DNA of 62,140 bases, filler included, from Guillardia theta CCMP2712 (lineage: Eukaryota; Protista; Cryptophyta): assembly GCF_000315625.1 (NCBI RefSeq). It is 6 parts of 6 records of this genome, joined end to end, with 100 filler letters (N's around TTAATTAATTAA, not from the genome) between each part and the next. Parts side by side here need not be neighbours in the genome. Positions count along the whole stretch, not along the records: positions 12,900 to 32,639 come from NW_005434347.1; positions 32,740 to 49,022 come from NW_005434536.1; 4 more parts are not named here. The stretch is one strand, 5' to 3'. Of the stretch, positions 28,928 through 38,059 are shown in pieces (positions within the stretch are counted from its first letter, which is position 1; each line of letters starts with the position of its first letter). The notes beneath the pieces were generated by a model. The model had not been told where the DNA came from. It did no database searches and was given only the letters and a program-made list of their open reading frames with translations. The position numbers were made by a program, and so were the translations under genes.

Positions 28928-29953
28928 CTACGCCCCAGCCTTGTTTCTAGCGTATCCCTCAGTAGAGCGTCCAAACGCTTGCCTGATCTTCAGCTTGGAG
29001 TCTTCAGACAGAGATTGGGGGAACAGCACTTCGAACTCAATGATCAGGTCTCCTCTCTTGCCTGGCTCCTTGGATACAGGCATTCCCTCCCCCCGGATCA
29101 CCCTCCTGTAGTTGGGCGACACGACATCCTTGACCTCGATCTCCAGCGTCCTCTTGTCAAGAGTCTGCAGGTTGAACTTGAACCCTGTCAGCGCATCTAC
29201 GAGCGGAACGGCCTTTTTCCTGTAGATCAGGTTTGACCCGCTGCGTGTGAAGATATCATGGGGCTTCTCCTTCACCACAAACACCACGTCCTGCGCCTGC
29301 CCAGCAGCCTCTTCATCCCCCTCCCCCTCGAAGGTGATCTTCGTCCCTGCCTTCCACCCGGGCCTCACGTTGATGTCGAAGATGTTCTGTGCGGATCGCC
29401 CGGGAGTCTTAGTCTTCCTCGATATCCTGAGCTTTTTGGTGATGCCGGTGTACAGCTCCTCCAGCGAGAGGTTCAGGTCGACCACGTGCGGCCGCTTCTT
29501 CGATTCCCCTCCCATGGGAAACGAGGAATGTGCTCCGCTCCTGTGCGGGAAGAACTTTGGGCCACCCCCGAACTCAAAGGACGAGAACACATCGTCTCCT
29601 CCAAAGCCGAATCCTCCGAACCCGCTGTTCCCAAAAAAGTTCTTGAAGATCTCGTTAGGGTCCCCGCGGAACTCATAGCGAGTGAAGCCGCCAGGCATTC
29701 CCTCTGCATTTCCCGCTGGTATTCCTCCCTTCAGCCCTTCCTCGCCGTACTGATCATAGACCTTCCTTTTCTCTGGGTCGGACAGCACATCGTACGCCTC
29801 CGCGATCTCCTTGAACTTCTTCTCAGCCTCCTCCTGCCTGTCTCTGTTCTTGTCTGGATGCCATCTCATCGCCGCCTTCTTGTACGCCTTCTTCACCTCC
29901 TCCTCCGTTGCCTCCTTCCTGATCCCCAGCACCTCGTAGTAGTCTCTTGCCAT
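28928..29953 (-). CDS. Class B DnaJ/Hsp40 co-chaperone (DNAJB/Sis1-like), single exon
   Basis: [11 protein letters not shown]-domain with HPD motif, G/F-rich linker, and C-terminal domain ([32 protein letters not shown]). Confidence 0.97.
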   Translation of the reverse strand: MARDYYEVLGIRKEATEEEVKKAYKKAAMRWHPDKNRDRQEEAEKKFKEIAEAYDVLSDPEKRKVYDQYGEEGLKGGIPAGNAEGMPGGFTRYEFRGDPNEIFKNFFGNSGFGGFGFGGDDVFSSFEFGGGPKFFPHRSGAHSSFPMGGESKKRPHVVDLNLSLEELYTGITKKLRISRKTKTPGRSAQNIFDINVRPGWKAGTKITFEGEGDEEAAGQAQDVVFVVKEKPHDIFTRSGSNLIYRKKAVPLVDALTGFKFNLQTLDKRTLEIEVKDVVSPNYRRVIRGEGMPVSKEPGKRGDLIIEFEVLFPQSLSEDSKLKIRQAFGRSTEGYARNKAGA

Positions 29954-30369
29954 GCTCTTGCCGGCGACTGAGGCTTCGTTTCGCCTTAAGTTGAGGAGGG
30001 GAAGGGGGCCGAACAATCCAGAAGGCCACCTGTTCTAAAAATAAACCACTTTTCCTAAAAATGACGAAAATGATGCTATTTTTACTTGCTCTCTCTCTCT
30101 CGAGCCCGCGCAGCCGCCATGAATCCCCTCAATTTTCAGTGGTTCCGGGCAGGCCCGGCTTCCCCCCGGGCCCGACATTGGCGGTAGGTATGAGGGGCGT
30201 AATTGGCTCTGAAATGCAAGCCTAAAACATGATGGGCAAATCACAAGGGAAGAGGATGTTGCGAGAAAGATCCTCCTCCTCCTCCTCCTCCTCCTCCTCC
30301 TCCTCCTCCTCCTCCTCCTCCCGCACCCGACACCTCATCAAGTGTTGTTTCCCTCTTCCCAGGGGAACA

Positions 30370-31708
30370 ATGCTGGTGTGCCTCGCTGCACTCACAGTGG
30401 TAGTTGAGGATTCACAGGCGATCACAGCAGGGTTCGTAGGGAATGCCATACATGTCAACCCCGATTCAAGAGGTGCTGGTCGAGCCCGACGTGTGCGAGA
30501 CTGGGCTGTTTGCTCTGCATGCAAGCTTTATGTTCTTCCAGGAGACCCTAGAGCGTCCCTCGCCGCGGAGAAGTTGCGGGATCAACTAGGCGAGTGCGAT
30601 GTAGTCTTCGATGCTCCAGCAACGTGCAACGAGGCCTCTGTGTTCTTCGGGGAAGATGGGCGTATGGAGCTTTTGAGAGAGAAGGAGAAAGCTGGAGCGG
30701 GATTTCGAAGCGATCTCCCAGATGTAATGCACCCATGCCATCACTTATGCCCTGCCTGCTCTCCTGGACCGGCGGATCTTGTTCGTGTGCATATGTTTCA
30801 CTCGTGTTGCAGGTTCTCCAGAATCTCTGCTCTTCTTCTACACTTCAGCGTGACCCCTTGGTCAAGTCCCTTGGGAAAAAGTTGTCAAACTCGCAGATAA
30901 TGCCAGCCATCACTGACTTTGATGTGTTGTAGCGTTGGACGGAGCTTGAGTATCGTGGATGCCACCGGGGGCTTTGGGCATGATTCATTGCGAATGGCGT
31001 GCTCAGGTTCAAACAGCAAGCTTTCTTCTTTCCTCTCTCAACCGTGACCGAGCAGGACATAACGTGACATGCTTGGAGCGGGACCCCGTGGTCTACTCGT
31101 TCCTTGCTGACAGTGTAGATCGGCTAAGACAGGACTGTCCTGACCTATGGCACGAGGCGAGACCTCAACCTACGACCCATTCTTTCCCCAGCTGATCCTT
31201 GCGTGACAGAGGATGGAAGCCAAGGGAGGGTCCCTTCACCTCCTCAACTCCGTGAGTGCTGCCTCCCCGTTGCCGTCCTCACCAGCCGTCAGGAGGCAAT
31301 GAGCTGGCTGCGAGCGGCTGTCGAGGAGGACGTGAAAGTCGACATCGTGTACTTGGACCCCATGTTCCCTTCCAGCAAGCACAAGTCTGCCCTCCCAAAG
31401 CGCCGGATGCAGTGGCTGAGGGAGTACTTGGGACCATCTGCAGCAGCCACTCCCCAGGCCGAGCAGGAGGAGCTTCAGCAGCTGCTCGATGCAGCCAAGA
31501 GGGTGGCAAAGAAGGTGACAGGAGGGGCCGTTCCGCGTGTTGCTGACATGATATGCAGGTGGTCATCAAGAGGGCAGACGACGGTCCGGTGGTATCAAAC
31601 CAGAAGCGCATATGATACGAGGCTGACGTTGAGATGCAGGTTGGACGGCCGAGCTCACAGATCGTATCCAGCAAAGTGGTTAGATATGATGTCTATGTCT
31701 CATCGTAG
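30370..31708 (+). CDS. rsmJ: RsmJ/YhiQ-like 16S rRNA m2G1516 methyltransferase, multi-exon, with possible plastid-targeting leader
   Basis: Motifs VDATGGFGHD, VTCLERDPVVYSFLAD, DIVYLDPMFP...KSALPKRRMQWL, AKKVVIKR and terminal RYDVY match bacterial RsmJ. Confidence 0.8.
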
Positions 31709-32683
31709 CAGCTGTGCCCCCGGTTTCTAACAAACCTTTATTCAATAAACCGAATCTGTTTCTGCCTTGCGAAGAGTGTCGCGACCCTGCAGAGAGATGA
31801 TCAGCTCTACATGCAAGAATTAATCCCGAGGCTATGCTATGCTAGGGAATAAGAAGATCGGCATTTCACACCACTTTTCAATTGGATGCAAGATGCATTC
31901 AGCACCCAAGGCGACGTGGTGCGTGCTTGTCTAAACGACGTGCATCGGGTGCTTTACGTCCGATGCACACATTTCTCTCGCGTCTTCTAGCGCCTCCAGC
32001 ACCATGGAAAGGTGTAGGAGGCGAGCTCATATGTAGACGCTGATAAACGAGAATCTCTCATACTGCAGTCTCACCTTCATTTCCCCTCTCACATCTAGCT
32101 GCACTAAATAACCAAGATTTCACATGTGCCTTGATCCCCTGGCTAACACCTCTCTTGCCGCTCATGGCCACCACCACCACCTCCTCCTCCTCCTCCTCCT
32201 CCTCCTCCTCCCTCGCCCCTTTCTTCTCTCTGTTCACCTGCCATTGGCGCTTCTCGTGCGATACAACGGCCCGCCTCAGTAAGTTTGACAAAAATGCAAT
32301 CGGCCACAGAATCGTTATTTTTCGGGGTGGGGGTGAAGGTGGGGGTTCAATGTAGGGTAGGGGGTACTATATATCCCTCCATTCCAACGGATAATAGATG
32401 GGATTGAAGGGGTGGATAGTGAGAAGAAGTAGGTAGGGGTACTAAAAATACAGCAGGTGTGGGTAGGGTGGGGTGAATTGGGCCACTCCACCACTCCCCC
32501 CGCCCCCCCCCCAAACCTTCCCCTTGTTCCCAGGTACCCTACCCCTTACATGAGCCCCTGTAACCCTACCCCCGCATATACTACCCCCACCCATGAATTT
32601 CCTTTTCATTTTACTTGTAAAATTGAGTGATTAAAACCCNNNNNNNNNNNNNNNNNNNNNNNNNNNNNNNNNNNNNNNNNNNN

Positions 32684-32695
32684 TTAATTAATTAA
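32684..32695. other. Artificial six-frame-stop scaffolding linker TTAATTAATTAA (also 12844, 49067, 57148, 59738)
   Basis: The identical 12-mer is centred in five N-runs. Confidence 0.95.
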
Positions 32696-32740
32696 NNNNN
32701 NNNNNNNNNNNNNNNNNNNNNNNNNNNNNNNNNNNNNNNA

Positions 32741-32953
32741 CGAGGCGGGCTCTGTCGGGGTCCAGATAGACAGATCTGAGAGCCTGCAGGGTCCTCCGCG
32801 TGATATATATGCTGAGGCGGGCCCGGTCGCGGGACTTAGCGTAGAAAAACGGCGTTTTTCCCCAGACAAACTCCCCTCCAGACCCCTTCCAGCGACCTTG
32901 TGAGGACGAGGCGGGCTCGGTCGGGGTCCAGATAGACAGATCTGAGAGCCTGC
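32741..32953. repeat. Satellite A, 166-bp unit (~1.3 copies, abuts gap)
   Basis: CGAGGCGGGCTC recurs at 32741 and 32907 (period 166). Confidence 0.9.
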
Positions 32954-33042
32954 GTATCTGTCCCTCCGCCACACGAACTTAAATACACGGTTATCCGCAC
33001 GGTTCACCCGTATAAAAGAGCCCGCGACGCCCGTACGGCAGG

Positions 33043-33744
33043 ATGCACGGCGCAGCAAACCACCTGCCGTCTGGATCTCACCCCGAAGAAGCCATCGATT
33101 ACGATGGAGTCCAGGTGGTGTTCCACTCGGCTTCTATTCCCAACAACGACTGCCATTCCGATGAAACGCCGACACCGTCCAAAGAAGAGATCGAGCAGGA
33201 GACCATGGACCTCCTCCACGAGTCCCTCGAGCAGCTCGCCGAGTGGGGCGAGCTCGCAGACCGCGACGACGGCGTCCTCCGCTTCCCCCCCAGCGTCCTC
33301 CGCGCCGCGGGGATCCAGGACGACGGGCTGTGGGAAGAGGCATACTACGACGAGGACATCCAGCATGAGTTCAATAATTATTTCGAGGAGGGGACCGGGG
33401 ATGGTTTGGCAGAGGACGGGGATGGCATGGCAGAGAACCGAGATGCATTCATCCCCGAGATCGGTGCGCCAGGGGAGGGGGCGGCCGCGGGAGAACCGTG
33501 GAAAAATCGGGGTTCTATCAGGATGTTAAAGAATTTGAAAGTACTGCCGAACACGATCGAAACCTCAATACGCGACCAAGGGAGTGCAACGCTCAAAGAT
33601 AAATTGGAATCTTATGCAAAGGAAGGCAACCTTCTCATATCACAGCTTCGCAAAGATCTTCCAGGCAATTTGACTAATATACATTACGATGAGTTCAGAA
33701 AAATGACGAAAAAATTGAGCCATGTTGAAAGGGATTTCTATACC
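33043..33744 (+). CDS. Intronless acidic orphan ORF, truncated by satellite A
   Basis: TATAAAA at 33011-33017 and ATG at 33043. The stop codon lies inside the satellite. GC content drops visibly near 33500. Confidence 0.5.
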
Positions 33745-33876
33745 CGGGCCCGGTCGCGGGACTTAGCGTAGAAAAACGGCGTTTTCCCCCAGACAAACTC
33801 CCCTCCAGACCCCTTCCAGCGACCTTGTGAGGACGAGGCGGGATCGGTCGGGGTCCAGATAGACAGATCTGAGAGC
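33745..33876. repeat. Satellite A partial copy
   Basis: Near-identical to ~32817-32949. Confidence 0.9.
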
Positions 33877-34047
33877 TCAGACATCAGGCGATATACGCTG
33901 CAATCTTGTCCTTGTTGGGTCTTGGATACGTCGCAATATCGTCCTTCCTCCCCCTACCCCCCCTTGACACTCTTGCACTTGTCGGAGCATATCTCAGCAA
34001 GCAGTGGTCAGCATATCTCAGCAAGCAGTGGAAACAGGTTATGAGCC
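33877..34047 (+). mobile_element. Orphan LTR 3' end followed by a Ty5/copia-type half-tRNA-iMet primer binding site
   Basis: ...GGAAACA|GGTTATGAGCC: an LTR-like terminal CA at 34035-34036, then GGTTATGAGCC, which is complementary to the initiator tRNA anticodon arm. Confidence 0.6.
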
Positions 34048-34784
34048 TCCCGACAAAATGCCAGTGTGGCGATTGAGCCTAGGGGTCGCGGGGAGGTATA
34101 AAATGATATGGGAGAGAAGCAGGGAAGAAAAAACTTGCAACGTACTTATACGTATAGGATTTTTTTCGAGGTCGAAAAACGGAGGGACAGATACTTTTAA
34201 AATCCGTACTTTTACTTTGGTTTGGCGTGGTGAGGTGTCCAAGCAACCAAATATAGGATTTTCTTCGAGGTCGAAACCGTCAACTGGAAATTGAGTTGAA
34301 AATCCAGGGTTTTTCTACCTATAAACCGGTTCACGTGATTATTTCTCTTTGCTTTGGATCGGCCTGATTGACATATTTTGCAAGGGAACGTTAGTGACTT
34401 CAGGTGTCTGATTGGCAAAATAGACCTTAGTGCACACTGGCAGGAGCATGGAGAGAAACCAAGGATATCTTCAAGCAGTGGAATGCTTGAAACTACTGAG
34501 GAAAGAAGCGAGGCAACAACGGACCTAGCAACTTGGAATCCACTACAATCGGTTCAAAGCAAAACACGGGCGACACACTAAGATAGGAAAGCGAAGGAGC
34601 GCTGCAAATTTGTTGCTTGCACCTTGCCCTTAAGTGTTCCCATGTTCGCATCTTGGATTACACTTGCAATGAAAGAAGAAAAATGTTAATTGTAGTTTCG
34701 ATTAGAAGTTGCTGCTCTGAAACTTTCGAAAATGAACTAAAGCGGCTCACACAGTCATATGCGTATCACCCATCCAATCATTTT

Positions 34785-36083
34785 TTAATCGAATTTTCGC
34801 ACTTTGTGTGATTTGTTAGAATATCGGTAACCAATCAATCGCTCAACCGTACCCAACAACTGTTCTTGATCGACAACGGCATCTAGACTTAAACCAAAAC
34901 GAAATCTCTTCATCGCATCGTATTTGGATGGATTTGCAATCATGTCTCTCTCCTCGATAGATAGCGTAACATTGAAGAACATGCTGGGAACTGAATCATA
35001 AAACATGCCAACATTACGCCACAAACGTTCGAAGTTCTTGCTCTTTCCTGGAACCAAGACATCCAGATAGATTGGTTTGATACGTACAATTATACAACCG
35101 ACATCCATGAAAACTCCGTTGAAAAGCCCCGTACCATCCAAACCAATCAGCAGACAAGCTGATCTCACTTGCTCAAGTTGCCCCATCAATGAAAGCCCCT
35201 CAAATGAGACAGAACTAAACTTCCATTCTGGTAGAATCTCAGCGCAGACGTTAAGTACACATTCGGGATTCAGTAACCTGCGTTTAGTTCTATTGACCAA
35301 CAAACTTCTCTTATCCAACCTAATCGCATTCAAGTGAAAAGATTGAATAATGAAGGCCCGGAACAAGCGCCAATCAATGGGAGAGGATCGATAATTATAA
35401 TGATCAAGTGAACTCGCATTCAATCCAAGAATAACATCTCGGAAGAAGATTGTCCGATGGTTCGAGAGAGCAAATAAGTGTCGAGCAGAAAAAAAATGAT
35501 TCTTGTCCACACCAAACAACGCAAACGCTTCGTAGACCATAGGATTCAAATCCAAGCGTACCAAAGACGAATTCTTTTTCAGAACACGTTCAAACTTGGC
35601 ATCCAAGAAGAGAAAAATATTTTTAACTTGCCCGACACACACAGAATGGAGGTGCAATATATCAAACATGTGAGATAAAGAATTGAACATGAAATGACCA
35701 TAGTGAAAATAGTTCAGGATCCCCATAATAAGTGATTTCTCGGAGATCACCTCCACATTACGCCTGAGATAGGTTTGTGTGAGATTGCCATATCTATTAA
35801 CTTTCAAATGTGGAATAAGATTCCTCCCCTTACAATACTTGGATCTTGCATGAAATATGAGGGTATTTTGCACAGAATCACAGAAAAAACTCCCGTGATA
35901 CAGATAGATTCCAGAAAAATAGCCTGATAACTTTTTTGACGATGTACAAGTCATTGTTCTGGTGTAAAGAACTTTACTACGTTCTGCACACCACCAAAAC
36001 ACAACTGAAGGCAAAATCAGAGTCACAACCACAAAAATGAAACGTAGGAAATGTTTCCTTCCTGTTCTTGATTGATTCAACAT
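34785..36083 (-). CDS. Glycosyltransferase family 61-like type II membrane protein, single exon, AT-rich
   Basis: N-terminal TM helix (FIFVVVTLILPSVVFWW). Motifs FHYGHFMFN, VNRTKRRLLN and FEGLSLMGQLEQVRSACLLIGLDGTGLFNGVFM (variant of GT61 GxHGAGLxN). Confidence 0.8.
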   Translation of the reverse strand: MLNQSRTGRKHFLRFIFVVVTLILPSVVFWWCAERSKVLYTRTMTCTSSKKLSGYFSGIYLYHGSFFCDSVQNTLIFHARSKYCKGRNLIPHLKVNRYGNLTQTYLRRNVEVISEKSLIMGILNYFHYGHFMFNSLSHMFDILHLHSVCVGQVKNIFLFLDAKFERVLKKNSSLVRLDLNPMVYEAFALFGVDKNHFFSARHLFALSNHRTIFFRDVILGLNASSLDHYNYRSSPIDWRLFRAFIIQSFHLNAIRLDKRSLLVNRTKRRLLNPECVLNVCAEILPEWKFSSVSFEGLSLMGQLEQVRSACLLIGLDGTGLFNGVFMDVGCIIVRIKPIYLDVLVPGKSKNFERLWRNVGMFYDSVPSMFFNVTLSIEERDMIANPSKYDAMKRFRFGLSLDAVVDQEQLLGTVERLIGYRYSNKSHKVRKFD

Positions 36084-36446
36084 TTCTACAATCGCTATCT
36101 GTTGCCAATGTTCACCTGCAGACACAGAAAGTCTACCATGGTCAACTGTAAGTGTATTTTGCAATTAGGGGGCTTTATGGGCGCCACAGACCTTAGAATC
36201 AGCTCCTGGTACAAATGTTTTAGTCAAAGGGACGCCCAGGGACCTTGTTGTGAGGGGCAATTAATGTTATTATCAACACTTTATGGAAACTCTCATATAT
36301 TGGGTAAGTTTTACAACTACTTTTAAGACAGCAACCCTGTTCCACTACCCCAGGGGTATGGTACCAAATAGACACCCCCCCGGGGTCAGATTTTTTCAAA
36401 GGCGCGCAAGTGAAGGTCACGTTACCGCATCACGTTACACACGGCC

Positions 36447-36596
36447 GTGACTTTGGAACCGTGACCTTGGTATCGTGACCTTGGTATCGTGACTTTCGGT
36501 ATCATGACCTTGGTATCGTGACTTTCGGTATCATGACCTTGGTATCGTGACTTTGGTATCATTACTTTTGTATCGTGACTACGGTATCGTGACTTT
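36447..36596. repeat. 14-15 bp tandem repeat (GTGACYTTGGTATC)n, ~10 copies
   Basis: Directly visible. Confidence 0.9.
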
Positions 36597-36600
36597 TGGT

Positions 36601-36938
36601 CTTAGCACCAAGCGCACGTGCTGGCCCTTCAAAAAAAAGACTTAGCACCAAGCACGTGCTGGCCCTTCAAAAAGTTCCTTCAAAAAAAGACTTTGCACCA
36701 AGCGCACATGATGACACTTCAAAAAAAAACTTAGCACCAAGCGCACGTGCTGATCCCCAAAAAAAAGACGACACTTCAAAAAAAACTTAGCACCAAGCGC
36801 ACGTGCTGATCCCCTAAAAAAAACTTAGCACCAAGCGCACGTGCTGGCGCTTTAAAAAGGTCGCTTCAAAAAAAAAGACTTAGCACCAAGCACACATGAC
36901 TCCAAAAAAAAACTTAGCACCAAGCGCACGTGCTGATC
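36601..36938. repeat. Array of 8 units CTTAGCACCAAGCGCACGTGCTG separated by A-tracts (spacing ~34-56 bp)
   Basis: Units start near 36601, 36641, 36691, 36730, 36786, 36824, 36879 and 36913. Confidence 0.9.
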
Positions 36939-37039
36939 CAGGTGAATCGGTTAAGGATAAGCTTATCGGTTTTTACCACAGGGGTGGGATCTATAAAACG
37001 GACCGCCGTTGCTACCGGACTCCCACCAGACCAGCGAAC

Positions 37040-38053
37040 ATGCTCGACTACCACACCTATGCCACCACCTCCTCCACCTCCTCCTTCCTTGCTCCCATCC
37101 CAACCATCCGTCGCAACCGCCGGCGCCCCGCGTATGGCAACACGATGCGGCGAGTCGTTGGCAATGGCATCAAGGGTGACCGCTTCCGCGATGCGCTGGG
37201 TGAGTTCATCGAGCTAGCCCTATCAAGGGCTGGGGATAGCGACAACTCTGCCATGCACCCATTTGCCCCGGTTGACCCGGACATGCTGGTGATGGGTCTC
37301 AATTCGGATCTCTTCCGCCCGCTGCAGGACGATGGGGTGTCGCCATGCGATGAGCAGCTGGTGGATGAAAAACGACTGAATGATATGATGGCGAGCCTTG
37401 ATGATGACATGTTCGGCATGGGGACCGAGATGAATGTACAGCCGTACGATGGGCAATTTGTTGGACTCAGTGCGGAGGAGGATGATCTCTTCAACGGACG
37501 GTATGATATGATGGAGTTCCTTCATGCTGACATGTTCGGCGCGGGGGCTGCGATCAATGTCCGGCCGTACAATGGGCAATTGGTGGATGTCAAGGCCGAG
37601 ATCAAGCTTGAGCCGTACGATGGGCAATTGGACTCCGACAGCCTCGAGTCACTGGCTGAGGATGCTGAACTAATGAATGATATGGATGTCAAGGCCGAGA
37701 TCAAGCCGCAGCCGTACGATGGGCAATTGGTGGATGTCAAGGCCGAGATCAAGCTTCAGCCGTACGATGGGCAATTGGTGGATGTCAAGGCCGAGATCAA
37801 GCTTCAGCCGTACGATGGGCAATTGGTGGATGTCAAGGCCGAGATCAAGCCGCAGCCGTACGATGGGCAATTGGACTCCGACATCCTCGAGTCACTGGCT
37901 AAGGGAAGTAACGAGTGGTCAAAAAGTACCCTAGCCCACATCTTACTATCCATGAAGGGGGTTCCGAGCCCAAATTTCGAATCATTGTTATTTGACCTGA
38001 ATCACTACCCCCTACCCCCAATCCAGATGAAATCGCTGGAAAAAATAAGGTAG
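37040..38053 (+). CDS. Intronless acidic orphan ORF with 16-aa repeats (VDVKAEIKLQPYDGQL)
   Basis: TATAAAA at 36992-36998 and ATG at 37040. 48-bp tandem units at ~37585-37875. The 3' part appears to run into unrelated intergenic-type sequence. Confidence 0.55.
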   Translation: MLDYHTYATTSSTSSFLAPIPTIRRNRRRPAYGNTMRRVVGNGIKGDRFRDALGEFIELALSRAGDSDNSAMHPFAPVDPDMLVMGLNSDLFRPLQDDGVSPCDEQLVDEKRLNDMMASLDDDMFGMGTEMNVQPYDGQFVGLSAEEDDLFNGRYDMMEFLHADMFGAGAAINVRPYNGQLVDVKAEIKLEPYDGQLDSDSLESLAEDAELMNDMDVKAEIKPQPYDGQLVDVKAEIKLQPYDGQLVDVKAEIKLQPYDGQLVDVKAEIKPQPYDGQLDSDILESLAKGSNEWSKSTLAHILLSMKGVPSPNFESLLFDLNHYPLPPIQMKSLEKIR

Positions 38054-38059
38054 AGGTGG

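Noticed and set aside
36601-36938. CRISPR-like repeat-spacer look
   Set aside because: Spacers are short, A-rich and related to each other, repeats are variable, there are no cas genes, and the context is eukaryotic.
36896-37039. N-terminal extension of the 385-aa ORF
   Set aside because: It starts within the repeat array upstream of the TATA box, so ATG 37040 is the more plausible start.
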